A stretch of 64,000 nucleotides of DNA from Vermamoeba vermiformis (taxonomy: Eukaryota), in assembly GCA_045837725.1 (NCBI GenBank), contig JBEWZL010000184.1, positions 62,001-126,000 of the forward strand. The letters are read 5' to 3'. Of the stretch, positions 38,795-51,836 are shown piece after piece. A program made the translations under genes and the position numbers. The notes under the pieces were generated by a model, which was given only the letters and a program-made list of their open reading frames with translations, was not told where the DNA came from and did not search any database. The stretch's first letter is position 1. Every line of letters starts with the position of its first letter.

Positions 38795-41700
38795 ATGTCA
38801 AATCCGAATAATAAGCCTGCTTTTAATAATGACGGTAATGTGAAGAAGAATAAAGGACGTGGTGGAAACAATAACAACAACAATAATCCTCGTAATCCCC
38901 CTCCAGCCGGGCGAGGACAACAACCAAACAAAAGCTTTAATAATAATGCCACAAATGGCCCTAGGTAAGTCTTTGGATCGATCCAGAATAGATTTGGAAT
39001 TATATGATATAATTCTTTGTTCTGTACAACATCAAAAATTTATATTATGATTATAAATATTTTTAACCGCGTTATATGCCAGAAAAGCGCAGTCTCAGAT
39101 TTCTCATCCGATTCTAAACTTTTAATTTTTCATTTTGGTAATTGCTTACATTTCTTCCTGCAGCGGCAAACGTCCAAATGCACCACCCAAAACAGATGGT
39201 ACGTATTATCAAACGAAATTCAAATATAAATTTGCGATCCACTTTCATAAATAATTCTCCAACTAATTTCGATGCAGGTAATCAACCACAGCAAAACGGA
39301 AACACACCTACAAAAGACGAGAGTAATATGAATGGTGTTGCAAACGGTAAGAACCTCGTCTTTACTACAGAAATGCCAAATAAATTCCGTGTTATTTGTT
39401 GTGCTTACAACGATGCAATGCTAAGACAGCAATCGCTAATATATGCACTGTTACTAGGCGAGGTCAAGTCACCGCAGCCGCAGAGCCCCATGCATCAACC
39501 ACAAGCACAGGGATCTACTCGCCCCCAACCCACACTCTCTCCTCACTCACAGGCACGTATTAATGACGCGTCATAATATATATATGATCCACAGTATATT
39601 AATGCGGCGCTGCAGGATTTTGTACCCTCGCGAACACTGTCCGCGCCACCAGATCTGAAAGAGCAAATGAAGTTTGGCATGGTGTACACACCCTTCAAGA
39701 CCAATTACTTGCAAGGCGAGCAGACACACAATTATCAGCACCCTGAAGGCGCACCCATTCAATTCGGTGCCCAACACCCCGTGCATCCCCCCACACAACC
39801 GCTGCCCATTCACCCGCACATGCCACAGCCTGGTCCCGTGCAGGGCTACACCCCGCCCAAGAATGCACCGCTGCCCATTCACCCTGCTGACATGGCTGCT
39901 GCCAAGAAACAGCCGCACTTGCAGCCTCCTATCAATGCAGGTCCTCCTCCAGGCCAAGGACCCGGTCCGATGCAAGGACCCATAGGCATGGTACCGCACT
40001 ATCCTCCGCACATGCGTCCTCCTCAAGCCATGAACCCAGTGCCCCCCAACACCGCCCTCAATCCCATGGCTGCACCCTTCATGCCCCCCGCCAATGTCTA
40101 TCCTCCAGTGGTCGGCTATCCCCCACAGGGCTATTATCCCATGCAACCTCAAGTTGGCATGCCCACCATGCCCGTGCCCGGCACTCCTCCCAACAACTTT
40201 GCTGCTGCTAGACCCAAACGTACGCGAATGTTGATTCTATGTCTACTCTCAATTATTAACGATCGTATTTAGTCCCCACACCACCCAAGAAGGTGATTCG
40301 CATTTGGGACCCTAACACTGGTGAAGATTTGAATTTGAATGATGCCAACAAAGACAACGCCAACAACGCTGCCAGCAACACGACAGCGAATCCCAAGACC
40401 ACCACTGGTGCTGGCAACATTTTGCCTGAACTCGGAGGAGCGATGCAGACACCGAAAGAGGACAAACCCAAGCCCAGCGAGAGCACCAAGTCTCCGTTGA
40501 TGGAAGTGCCCAAAGAGACGGGTCTCAAGCCTCCAATTGGCCACGCCATCACTCACAAGCCTGAAGAGAAGAAGAGTGAGCCAGTCAAAGCTGAGGAGAA
40601 GAAAGACGACACGCCTGCTCAACCCGCTGAGATTAAAAAAGAGGAGCCCAAGAAGGAAGAGCCCAAGAAAGAGGAGCTTAAACCTGTACCTAAAGTTGAG
40701 GAGCCCAAGAAAGAGGAGCCCAAACAAGAAGTCAAGCCTGTTGAGCCCAAGATTGAAGAGCCTAAGAAAGAGGTCAAAGTCGAGGAGATTAAAAAAGAAG
40801 AACCTAAAAAGGACGTCGCGCCCAAAGAGGAGCCCAAGAAAGAAGAGTCCAAGCCCGTTGAGACCAAGCCTGTTGAGCCCGTAAAACTTGAGGAGCCCAA
40901 GAAGAGCGAGGACAAGACTGAGAGCGACGACAAGAAAGAGGACGAGGACAATTGGGAGAAGAAAGACGAAGAGCAATTGGCCAAGGAGATCAAGGAGAAG
41001 AAGGTCGATGCAACCATGACCCGTAAGTACTCAATTAACGATTTTCTTGTTATTCCTCGTGAAACTAACGCCAAGTAGTGCCTGGTGCCAGCTCCAACAA
41101 GAAGATCTACGGACGAGATTTCTTGCTGCAATTCCAGTCTCAGTTCACTGACAAACCAGCAACTCTGCGCCCTGATGTGTTGAACGTCATTCTTGGTGGC
41201 GACAGTGGCGGCGACAAGACTCCGCGCGGTCAAGATCGTAACTGGCGCGGTGGTCAAGGACGCGGTGGCAATCTCGCGCGCAGTCGCGACAGCTTGTCGA
41301 GCTCAGGCACTATGGGCCAGACCCCCAAGGGAGAGCGCAAGGGACGCGGTGGACGTGGTGGCGCTACGACTCCACGCGGCAAGAAGCGTCCAGATCTGAA
41401 TGCGAGTCAAGAGCCCAAGGTGAAAGACAAGAACTTGTGGTCTCGTCCTGAGAAGGCTACTGACGAGCTGACTGAACTGACGCGCAAGGTGCAGAGTCTG
41501 CTGAACAAATTGACCCTCGACAAGTTCGACGTCATTTCAGCCAAGTTGCTGGCAGTCAAAGTAGACACACTGACCAATCTGCGTCTATTGATCAACTTGC
41601 TCTACGACAAGGCGATTATTGAACCCAAGTTCTGCACCATGTACGCTGAGCTGTGCAAGAAGTTGAGCGAGCACTACGCACAACTCTATCCTGAAAAAGA

Positions 41701-43879
41701 TGAAGATGCCGAGAAGACCCTCAAATTCAGCTTCAGACGCGTGTTGTTGACCAAGTGTCAGACCGAGTTCGAGACCAAGAAGCAATTGCCCTCGCTTGAC
41801 GACGCGAAAGACCCGCAACAAAAGCTCGAGCTGGAGATTGAAGCGTCGAAGATTCGTGCGCGCAACAAGGGTAACATCAAGTTCATTGGTGAGCTGTACA
41901 AGAAGCGCATGTTGACTGAGAACATTATGCACGGCTGTTTGAAGACCTTGCTCGGCAATGGTTCGCAAGGCCAGAACGAAGAGGACTTGGAGAACTTCTG
42001 CGACCTGATGAGCAACATTGGCGGTCAATTGGATGCGATTGACAAGCAGAAGATGACCAAGGACTACTTTGAGCCTATGAAAGTACTAGCCAAGAGCGGC
42101 AACATCATTCTGCGAATTCGATTCGCACTCGAAGCCGTGATGAAGTTGCGCGAGACGGGCTGGAAGTCCAAGGTCGACAACACACCCAAGACCATCAAAC
42201 AGGTGCACGAAGAGGCTGCGCAGAAAGAGCGCGAACAACTCGCACGTGAACGTGAAGTCGATCGACAACGACGCAATGTCGGCAAGACCAAGCGACCCTC
42301 CGCGACTGGTGGCTGGGCTGAGGTCACGAGCAGCGGCAGCACTACTACTGGCCGTGGCAAGACTCCTGCAGCCCCTGCACCCATCTTGCGCGAAGGCATT
42401 GGTCGCGGTAGTCCTGTGGTCCCTCGTGCGGCAGACAAGACCAAGGCCGCGCCACCACAGAGCAGCGGCAAGAACATCTTCAGTGCCCTCGCTGACTCTG
42501 GTGAGGCACGTGAGAAGCCCCGCTACGACGATGAGGACGAATACAGCGAGGAAGATGTGCCCAAGTATCAGATCAAGAAACGACCCACCGCTGCAGCCCC
42601 GCCTCCAGAGAGCGACGAAGAAGATGAAGAGGACGAGGACGAACAACCGAAGCGCTATCAACCGACACGCGTGGCGAGCAGTGCCCCACCCCCCGACGAT
42701 GAAGAGGACGAGGAGGACGAAGAAGAGTCCTTGGCTCGCGGTCGCGGTCAATACATCAACAGCGAGGACGAAGACGAGTCTTACGATGACGAGCAGGGCG
42801 GCGATCTCGAGTCCACATTGGACAACACCCTGCGCGACTATATCGATGACCCCAGTGATATCGAGGCTGTCGTGCGCGACTTGAAACCTCTTGCTCGCGA
42901 CGATCGATCGCGCAACGACATGTTGGACAAGATGGTCTTGATTGCCATTGAAGGTGCTGAAGTGAATGCCACGCGTGTCACTGAAGTGCTCGCTGCCACT
43001 CACCGCGCAGGTCTGTTTGACGCCGAACAGATCACTGAGGCCTTCAATCGCGTGGTCGATCAGCTCGGAGACTTGGCACTCGACTTGCCCAAGGCCACAA
43101 CACTGCTGCCAGTCATCTTGGCCCGCGGTATGACTGACGGCTGGTTGAGCAAGAGCTCGCTCGGTCAACGCATCAATCAGCTGAGCAGTCAAGAGGAGAG
43201 TGACTTGCACTTGATTGAACGATTTGTTGGCGACATTGCGCGCCAATTAGTCGCATTGAAAGGTGCACAAGAAGCCCTCAAGATGTTCAACGACACGCAG
43301 ATCAAAGTGTCGCAAGTGCTCGAACAGAACACGGCCGAGGCAGTCAACAAGTTCTACCAATCAGCTGGTCTGCCTGTCGCTGCCCCTGCTGCTGCTCCAG
43401 CCCCCAAGAAGAAGAAGAACGAGTACAAAGAGGTCGCAGCACAGTTCAAGAAAGAGAGCAAGCCCAGTGCCATTCAGACCTTCATCAAGGCACAGTCCCC
43501 CGAAGTGAAAGAGGACCCTGACTTTGTGAGCAAGTTGGTGGACTGCGTGCTGGCCCTGTGCGATCAACAGAACTCGCTCTCCCATCAGAGCTTTGATCAG
43601 AAGACCTTCAACAAGTTCAAATCCACCTTCACCAACTACAAGGACCTCTTGTTGCAACTGCTCGGTCGTGACAATGTGCAACTCGCCGTCTTGCAACAAA
43701 TCCAAACCTTCGTCTCCAAGAACAGCTATCCCGCTGCATTCATCACGGCCATTTTTGAGTTGTTGTTCCAACACCGCTTGGCCAGTGCTCCTGCCTTCAA
43801 CACGTGGGCCAAGAGTGCTGACGCTGACACCCTGGCTGAACTGAACAAAGCGGACTGGTTCAAGAAGATTGTCGCTTAA
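38795..43879 (+). CDS. EIF4G: Translation initiation factor eIF4G
   Basis: 4E-binding YGRDFLL, MIF4G (LLNKLTLDKF, KAIIEPKFCTMYAELC, GNIKFIGELYK), MA3-like and W2-like C-terminal regions; 5' exon structure approximate. Confidence 0.92.
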
Positions 43880-44103
43880 GCCACGCCCCTATTTATTATT
43901 TGACCTACTTGCCTATGTATTACTCGCGGCTACCCTCCACCACTCTATTACCGTCAATGACTATCGATCCTACTCACTTTTTTTTCTTGTACATAACAAA
44001 GTAATAAAACAACCGTCAAATTCAAATTAACCTCGAATATTACGTGTGCAGTGAGTCAGTCGAAGAGAGTTGCCGCAAATAAGGATTGGTTTACTATTTA
44101 CAA

Positions 44104-46171
44104 TTATTTCTTCGCTGTCAGCTTGACTTTGTCTTTGGCCGTCAAGCGCACATTGGTGGGTAACTTCTGATTGTAGTTGTACGTCACACCTTGCGTGCCC
44201 GTGAACTGATTGTCGCGGTACTTCTTGGCGTATTTGCCCGTGCCTTTGATGCGCGCATTGTTCTGTTGCTGCTCGTCATTCAGCGACACCTGCGCGGACT
44301 CGGCCACTGGTCGTTCAACATCGCCCTCAATGATCTTCAGGCGGTTCTTCTGTGCGCGACGTCGCTTCTGGCGCTTGTTGTTGCCGCGCGGCTGGTCCTC
44401 GCTGCTGACGAGGGAGGCAGTGCTGTTGTTGACCGCTTCACTGATCTCCGGGGCCAGACAGCGACGATAGAGCGGATCTTGCTGATTGAACTCGCTCTCA
44501 CTCACACCTGGCGGCGGGTGACAGTACAGCAGTCTGCCCGTCACAAAGTCCTTCAACACGATGCGCGCTGCTTTGGACAAGTCAGGCTTGGCACCGTTGA
44601 TCGTCAAGAAGCCGCGCTGGCGTCCATAAGTGCCCAACAGCTCGTAGTGGAAGGGTGCGCGCTCAGGGTCGTAGTCGAGCTCGTCGGGACTGGGCAGTGG
44701 CAGCACAATGGCGTAGAACTCTTCGAGTCTCTTGCGACCAATCAACTTGCACAGCAGCTGCACACTCGGGGCATGATCGCGCAGCTCGTCAATGCGCAGA
44801 ATACCGTTGAGCACCATGTGTGCGCGCGAGATCTGCAGCGAGGGGAAGACGAGACCAGGACAGTCGCACAACAGCACGTCACTCCTGTCAGCGAGCGGCA
44901 GTGTTTGGAAGTGTTTGGTCTTGCCCGGTGTGGCACTCACTGCCACGCGCTTGTCACCGCACAGCACATTGATGGTGCTGCTCTTGCCCACATTCGGATA
45001 GCCCACCATGCCAATCGTGAGCGGCGTGCTGTCACTCACGGGGGCTGTGTCGTTCACTGAACGGAACTCTGACAGCAGCAGCGACAGCAATTCATCACGT
45101 GTCAACACGCGACTGGTGTCACATTGAATGTTGGCTGTGTGCGTGCTCTCAGCAGTGGTATTGGTGTTGTTATGATGCTGATGCTGATCGGTGTCGCTGT
45201 CGTCACTGCTGTCCTCATCGCTGTCCTCGCTGGCACTGCTGTCATCCAACAGGCCCTCTTGATGAGCACGGCGCAGTGCATTCAACTTGTCCTGCTCCAC
45301 ACTCGCTGAAAAGAAGGCGTGTTTGACTCCGAGCTGTGCAAAGTACTTGCTCCACATGGCGCGCTGTGTCTCGGTGAGCAGATCTGCTTTGTTCAGCAGC
45401 AGCAGATTCACTTTGGTACGGGCGCGCTGTGGCTGCTCTTCCTCCTCCGCGAGCTGCAGATAGAGGTCGCTCTGTTCGTGCACATATTGCTCGAGGTCGC
45501 TGCTTCTGTACGCCAGTGGGTCGCGCGCATCCACAATCTGCACGATCACATCTGCGCGCTCGACGGTGCGCCACAACTGTCGCCAGACATCGATGTTGCG
45601 CTCAAAGGGTGACATGGCTGCCTGTTCGTCGCTCTCTTGTTCTGCGAGTCCTCGGCGCCACTCGAGAAAGGCCTCGCGCTCGTTCTGATCCACTTGCTCG
45701 GCACTCATCTCGCGAGTCCACATCGGACGACGCGGAATGGGCAGTGTCGCAGTGGTCTTGCGCAGCTGTACCTCGTCGTTGGAGGGGAAGGTCGGCACAG
45801 TGAAGCTGCTGCTGTCGATAATCACGACGTTCTCGCGCTCTGCCAAGAACTTCTTCTGCGCCAGATCTGCGCTGTACAGCAATTCAACGAGATCATTGGT
45901 CTCGATAATAGACTGCAGCTTCGTCTTTTCACTGTCGTCTCTGATGCTTTGTGCAATCTGAGAATTAATGAGTAATTATTATTAATATTTTAATTAAATT
46001 TTTCGATCGTGTCTTGGATCCACTAGGTCATCGAATGGTTGATCTTAAGATCGGCATAATAATACAACTTACAATATTCTCTTGTGCTGCATTGGGTCGG
46101 GAGAACTTGGCTTTGATGATCTGTCGACCAAGCCCATTCGCATCGTACTGCTTTCTCGCTCTCTTCTTCAT
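44104..46171 (-). CDS. LSG1: Large-subunit GTPase LSG1
   Basis: PFERNIDVWRQLWR, NKADLL, GYPNVGKSSTIN, TPGKTKHFQT, DCPGLVFP. Confidence 0.95.
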
Positions 46172-46479
46172 GTTGCTTATGATGCGCAGTGTATAATAAT
46201 TGACAACACTAACAGACAATAATAGGATGTTGTTGTCAGGGCCAGAAGAACTGAAAATCAAATTACGGAGCGCAGATCAGAAGAAGCTTCGATCGGAACT
46301 GCGAACACAGTCAGAACACGCACGAGCGAGAGACTAGGCGCACTTGTATATAGACGGATATGGAAGACTAGCGGTGTAGATTATCCTGGCAGCTGAAGCA
46401 AGTCAACTGCGATCAGATCTGGGTAAGTTATTTGATCCCCTTGCGAATAATCACACTTGGCCGCGTATAATTAGTCGCA

Positions 46480-46772
46480 TATTATTGTGATGAGCAGTAA
46501 AAGGTTCGAAGCACATTCCGCTGCAGATCTGCTACACACCACTAGCACGACAATAGAGAGCGCTTGATTAGCGTTATCAGTGCTCTAAAGGCGACTGCTG
46601 ACATTAACTGCAACACCGTGCAGCGCTGTGCCCTCTATAGCAGTCCTATGCATAGTGTAGGACTGTACTGTGATAGCGCAGTGCTGCTGAGCACATCCAC
46701 TGCTCTGTTGCGACATGCAGATCTGCTGCTGAGTGCGCGCAACTGTGTGAAATACATCGTACTGATATAATA
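46480..46772 (+). ncRNA. Composite box C/D-H/ACA guide RNA (scaRNA-like) predicted to modify U5 snRNA loop I
   Basis: C box GTGATGA 46487, D'-like TCGA 46506, hairpin-H box ACATTA 46601-hairpin-ACA 46713, D box CTGA 46762, terminal stem TATTAT/ATAATA; both guides match U5 GCCUUUUAC. Confidence 0.85.
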
Positions 46773-46894
46773 CTCGATCAATAGCACTGCAGTACTGTAG
46801 TAATCGAGCTTTATTTACATTAACAATCGAAATTGAATCAGATCCAACCTCGATCCAGCGCTTTATGTACAAGAAGAGAATAACGGTGTCATAT

Positions 46895-47450
46895 TCACCA
46901 GTCCCCTATAATACTTGGTGTAGTAGCACTGCCCTCTAATAGCACTGTCTTGCCGTCTAAGCGCTGTGGCTGCAGATCGAGATGTGGTACGTGATTGATG
47001 TCTTCTTCAATAGGCTGCCAGCCTACATAAATAATTAACTATTTAATATTACAATACTAGGGCAATGAGTAGTACCTTCTGGGGGTGAGGGCGGTGGTGA
47101 CAACAAGAAATTACGCTCCAACTGCGGTACGGACAAGATGTGGTGCTGCAATGTGTCGTCATCCACTGGCTACAATACGCACATAATTAATATGAATTTA
47201 TGCCGTGCCACAACGCAGTCCGTACCTTGGTGTAGACGAGATCCTCCTCCACCAAACACTCCCTAGCCCGACACGCGGCACTCTCCAGCGCGTACACAAC
47301 CAGTGCGACATTGCAGTGCGGCACACAACGCACCAATCGCAGTGCGCCGTGGGGCTCGAACAGTGCGCGCAGTGTCGACTCGCTGCGTCCGTGCAGTCCG
47401 CGCAGCAGCAGTGTGTTGCTGTGTGTGTAGTGCTCTGTGGGGTGCTGCAT
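46895..47450 (-). CDS. RCAN: Calcipressin (regulator of calcineurin)
   Basis: RRM-like N-terminus, RNFLLSPPPSPPEGWQP signature, PSII near the C-terminus. Confidence 0.87.
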
Positions 47451-47844
47451 AGTAAATAAATATTTATTGCGTGGTGTATTGCATCTAATGGTGTTGGAAG
47501 TGTTCTGAATCTGAGCTGGCAGTCAGGCTTGTCACTGCAGTTTCCTTATTAGGCAATTCTGCTCTTCTCTCGGCTAGTTCATGCGCGGTGCTGTCATTGT
47601 CATGCGTGCTGCACACTGCGCACTAGCAAGCTGAAGGTGGTGTAAATCCACTCTTAATGTACCGTTGGATCAGCTTTTGCGCACCTGACGAGAGCTGCAA
47701 TACTACCAATGAGAGCGAGTAATGTTGGACAATGTGCTGTTACGCGACTAGTGTTCAATTGTAGTACGTTGTTCGCATCGATGAATGCGCGCCATTATTG
47801 TATTCATATTCAAATCCACAACAACACCACAACTCACCTGGTCA

Positions 47845-50800
47845 ATGGCACAAGTACAGTGGCAGAATCTTATTGATGACCTCGTAGGTCTCATCAACAA
47901 GTAAGCAGCGCTTGTAGCTTGTTGTTGCGGCACTCCATTAATATTGAATAATATTTTTAAAGAAAAGCAAACGATCTCGATGTGTATTACGCACTCGATA
48001 GGATATTGGACGAGGTGAGGTCTGGTGGTAATTTTACAGACCACATTGAGGCACTATTGCAAGCGATCAGTCCCCTGATCACCTCCGTCAACTGGCACAT
48101 GATCCAATCCGTGCTGTTTGGCGCGCAACAGATCGTAGAGCAGTTCTTGCACTTCATTCAAGTCGATCTCGCTGCCAATACCTCGCCCTCGCTGCTCTCG
48201 CGCTACTCCAAGCAGATCGAGCACTGGATGCAGGACGGCGGCGTGTGGCTCAACTTTGTCAAGCACGGCGTGCAGTACAAGGGCAAGCGCGAGGTACGTG
48301 ATGCCGCTGCACAGTTCATCGGTGCCCTCTCGCTGCTCTGCTCCTCGCTGCCCGCTACTGCCGTGCCCAGTGCGTGGTACCACGAGCTGATCCACGCGCT
48401 GCTGCAGTGGAGCGAGGAGAGCAAGCCCGAGCCCTTCGAAACACTCGAGGGCACCATGATGGCACTCGGCTACTGGCTCTACAAAGCACGCCGTCAAGTC
48501 CTCGACGACGCGACACATCTGCAGCTGATTGCGCGCCTCGAACACTACACGCGCTACGACAACGCACAGGACAATGCGCGCTACATTCGACTGCAAGCAC
48601 TGCGCGGTGAGTGACACGCACAGTGACAGGTGTCAAGTACTAACCACGTGACAGGGCTGGAGCGCGCAGTGCGAGCGGGCACCCTGACGACAGCACGTGA
48701 TCAGCTGTTCGAGCACGTGATTGCACCGAGTCTCGCGGACAACAACATTGATGTGCGCAAAGCTGCCGCACAGCTCATGACCTCGTGGTCACGTGTCGTC
48801 TCATCGGAGCTCTCCACCAGGGCAGTGACCGCGCTGCTCGATCAGTTGCAGGCCAGTGTGCAGTGGGAGCAGCGTCACGGCATCAGTCACGCGCTGTACT
48901 TGGCGGCGCAGGACCGTGCCCTGGTAGATCGACTCGACCGCGCCCTGATTGACCGCACGATGACTGCCCTCACCGAACAAGTGCGTCACACACACAGCGA
49001 GTCCAAACAGTAAGTCACGTGATCTGTTCGCAGCGATCTCACTCTGACACGTGTCACACTTTCAGATCGCGCGGTGTGACAGTCGTCGCCAATGCCGCAG
49101 CACTGACGGCACTGAGCGAGCTGTGCATGACACTGCACGAGTCCATAGACGTGCACTTGTTGCCAGTCATCACCGAGGCCCTCGTCTCGCCGCTCGATCT
49201 CTTGCAGGACGCAGCTGGTCGTGCCTTCTATCGCCTCGGCACTGCTGCACCACAACTGCTCGGCACGCACCGCTTGGAACTGCTCGCACTCACCTACAAG
49301 TCACTCTTCCACTCCTCGCACCCCATTCAAGAGCTCGCCAATCGCACGCGACGAGATCTGGCGGGTGATGCACAGGCCCTGGTGCGCGAGGAGTGGCCGC
49401 GCTTGATGCGAGCCCTGCTGCGCGAGATTGCCAGTGAGAACCCCGATGTGCGCGAGGCAGTGTGGAAGGCCATTGACGAGCTGAGCGGTCAACACTTGCC
49501 TGGTCTGAGTGCTGAGCCGTGGTGCGCGCAGATCATCGCTGCAGCACAGCACTCGCTCGCCACGGAGAAGAGTGAATTCGCCCTCGCTGCCACCTGTCGC
49601 GCACTGGGCCGATACATTGCACTGATTGAGCAGCCGCAACAACTCACCGCTCCGTTCTGGGGCCTGCTCGCTGCACTGTGGAGCGATGCCACCACTGCAA
49701 CTGGCACCGTGCTCACGGCTGCTGTCGAGTGTCTGGTGGCACTCTTGACACGTGTCAACTCGTACCAAGCAGGCGCAGTGCCCGATCCCCTCGTGCTGGC
49801 GTGGATTGGTCTGGCACGTGACGATGAGCCCTCGGTGCGCAGCAGTGCAGTGTGGTCCTACGCACGTGTCACGCAGCACTTGACACCCCGCACAGTGATT
49901 GACACATCGCGTGCGCTGTTGAACAACGACCAGTTTGAGGACCGATGGTGCGACATTGCTGTCACGTGGAGTCGTTACGGCAGTGGCATTTGGTCACGTG
50001 CCACCCCTGATGAGCGCAAAGACGCCTGTCACGTGGCACTGGCAGCACTCGTGGGCCCTGCTTCGGATGACACTGCTGCCCTGGCTGCGTGGATCCACGT
50101 GCTGCACGACTTGACATCACGCGACACAAGTGTGACACCAGCCCTGGTGCGCAGCATGCGCAGTGCACTGTTGCACGTGCTGACTGACTCGCGCACTGAA
50201 CTCGACATTGAGGACTTGGCAGAATGGGCGGACCACTTGCCCGAAGAGGAACTCGATTTAACTGAAGCACGTGATGTGGACAGCACGAAGAAGAAGGGCA
50301 AAGCTAAGGACAAGCGACAGCAAGCCCTGGCATTCTGGCTCAAGTTGACAGCTGTCAGCGAGCTGTTCGCGCACTTGACGCACAAATTCACGCAATCAGA
50401 AGATGAAATTTCAGCCAAATATGTCGACCTGATCACGTGCGTATTATTTATTTACACTGACACTAGTATTAACTCATTTCATTAGGGCGGTGGTTGAGTC
50501 ACTCAAGCCCGGCGATGTGTTGCTGCACTACGTCGAGCACGTGATCGATGCTGTCAACAAACACGACAGCACTCTCGCGCAACAGCTCGCCAAGCTCCGT
50601 CCAGGCAAGTATTTACATTATAACTAAATCCGACTTCACCACTGTCAAACATTGACGAACAACGATTAATTGCCATATATGGAATAGTGCCCGCCACGCA
50701 GAGCCTGGAAGAGATCGCAGCGCATTGGAAGAGTGTCAAATTGACAGCGGAACAATGGGCAACACTGCTGTCGCAATCACGTGCGGCACTGAACGCAATG

Positions 50801-51785
50801 AATGGCGCGCAATCCAGTCACGTGATCTTGCTGGCCCTGGTGAAGAGTGCCGTGGCCCTGCTCGATCAGTGCGTGGACGCGCAGGACTCACTCGCCACAC
50901 GTCTGTTGCGCGCTCAATTGTTGCACGTGATCAGCACTGCTGTCAAACACGTGCAAGATGTGACTGTGGACGACGCACGTGATTGGTTGGTGACCACGTG
51001 GTCTACAGTGAGTGACGCGGACAACGCCATGACACCTGAGAACTTGGAGGACCCGACAGCGGATCAGAGCAAAGAAGTCGAGCAGTGGTGTCACGCGACT
51101 GCACGTGCTGCATTCACAATCACTGGCCTCGTGCATCAACTCGATCACGTGACCGGAAATCTCCTCGCGGCCCTGGGAGAGGAACGCGAAGAACTGCTGG
51201 AACAAGTGCGCGACGAGGCATTCAACGAAGACACGGACGAGAGCGAGAGCTTGGCACTGCTGTCCGTGCTGTCCAGTGTCGCGCAACAGTCACGTGACCT
51301 CGACGCGCAGCTCTGGACACAGTGCGTGCAGTACCTCACACGCGCTGCTTCACTGCAGAACGAGCAGCACTACTGCACTGTAGCACGCATCTTGCACACT
51401 GTGGCACAGCACTTGACAAGTGACAGCTACACGCAGCACGTGACTGAACTGCAACAACTGCTCGAGTGGGGCAGCAAGCGCGAAGTAATTCACGTGGACG
51501 AAGGCAAGAGTGCGGCACTGCTGTTCAGTGTGGGATACAAATTGGCAGAGATCGGTAAGTGACACGTGTCATTCGATAACCTCCACACACTCACCGTAGT
51601 TACGTGCAGAGCCGAGCAGTGCCTTGCAACAACAGCTGTCAGACATGATCTTCAACGAGGACATTGAAGACGAGTGTCGCATGGCACTCTTGTCCGCGGT
51701 GAGTGGCACCTTGCCACTGCCCACTCGACAGGAGAGTCTCACGGCCAACGAGACCTTCCACAAGACTGCGCAGAACATTGCTTAA
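47845..51785 (+). CDS. Large HEAT/ARM-repeat protein, locally reminiscent of ECM29
   Basis: Multi-exon helical repeats (DNNIDVRKAAAQL, WEQRHG, SENPDVREAVWKAIDEL, DDEPSVRSSAV); ECM29 resemblance is weak and from memory. Confidence 0.7.
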
Positions 51786-51836
51786 TCACACCAATAAACA
51801 GACCCAGTGCACTATATACACCTTTATTACACAGCT

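Noticed and set aside
40620-40910. Repeated GAGGAGCCCAAGAA units (also RD repeats at 32580-32790)
   Set aside because: Coding low-complexity repeats (EEPKK, RDRD); not CRISPR or mobile DNA
41023-41078. RKYSINDFLV in the ORF track looks like a second eIF4E-binding motif
   Set aside because: It lies inside a GT-AG intron, has the wrong YxxxxL spacing and runs into a stop
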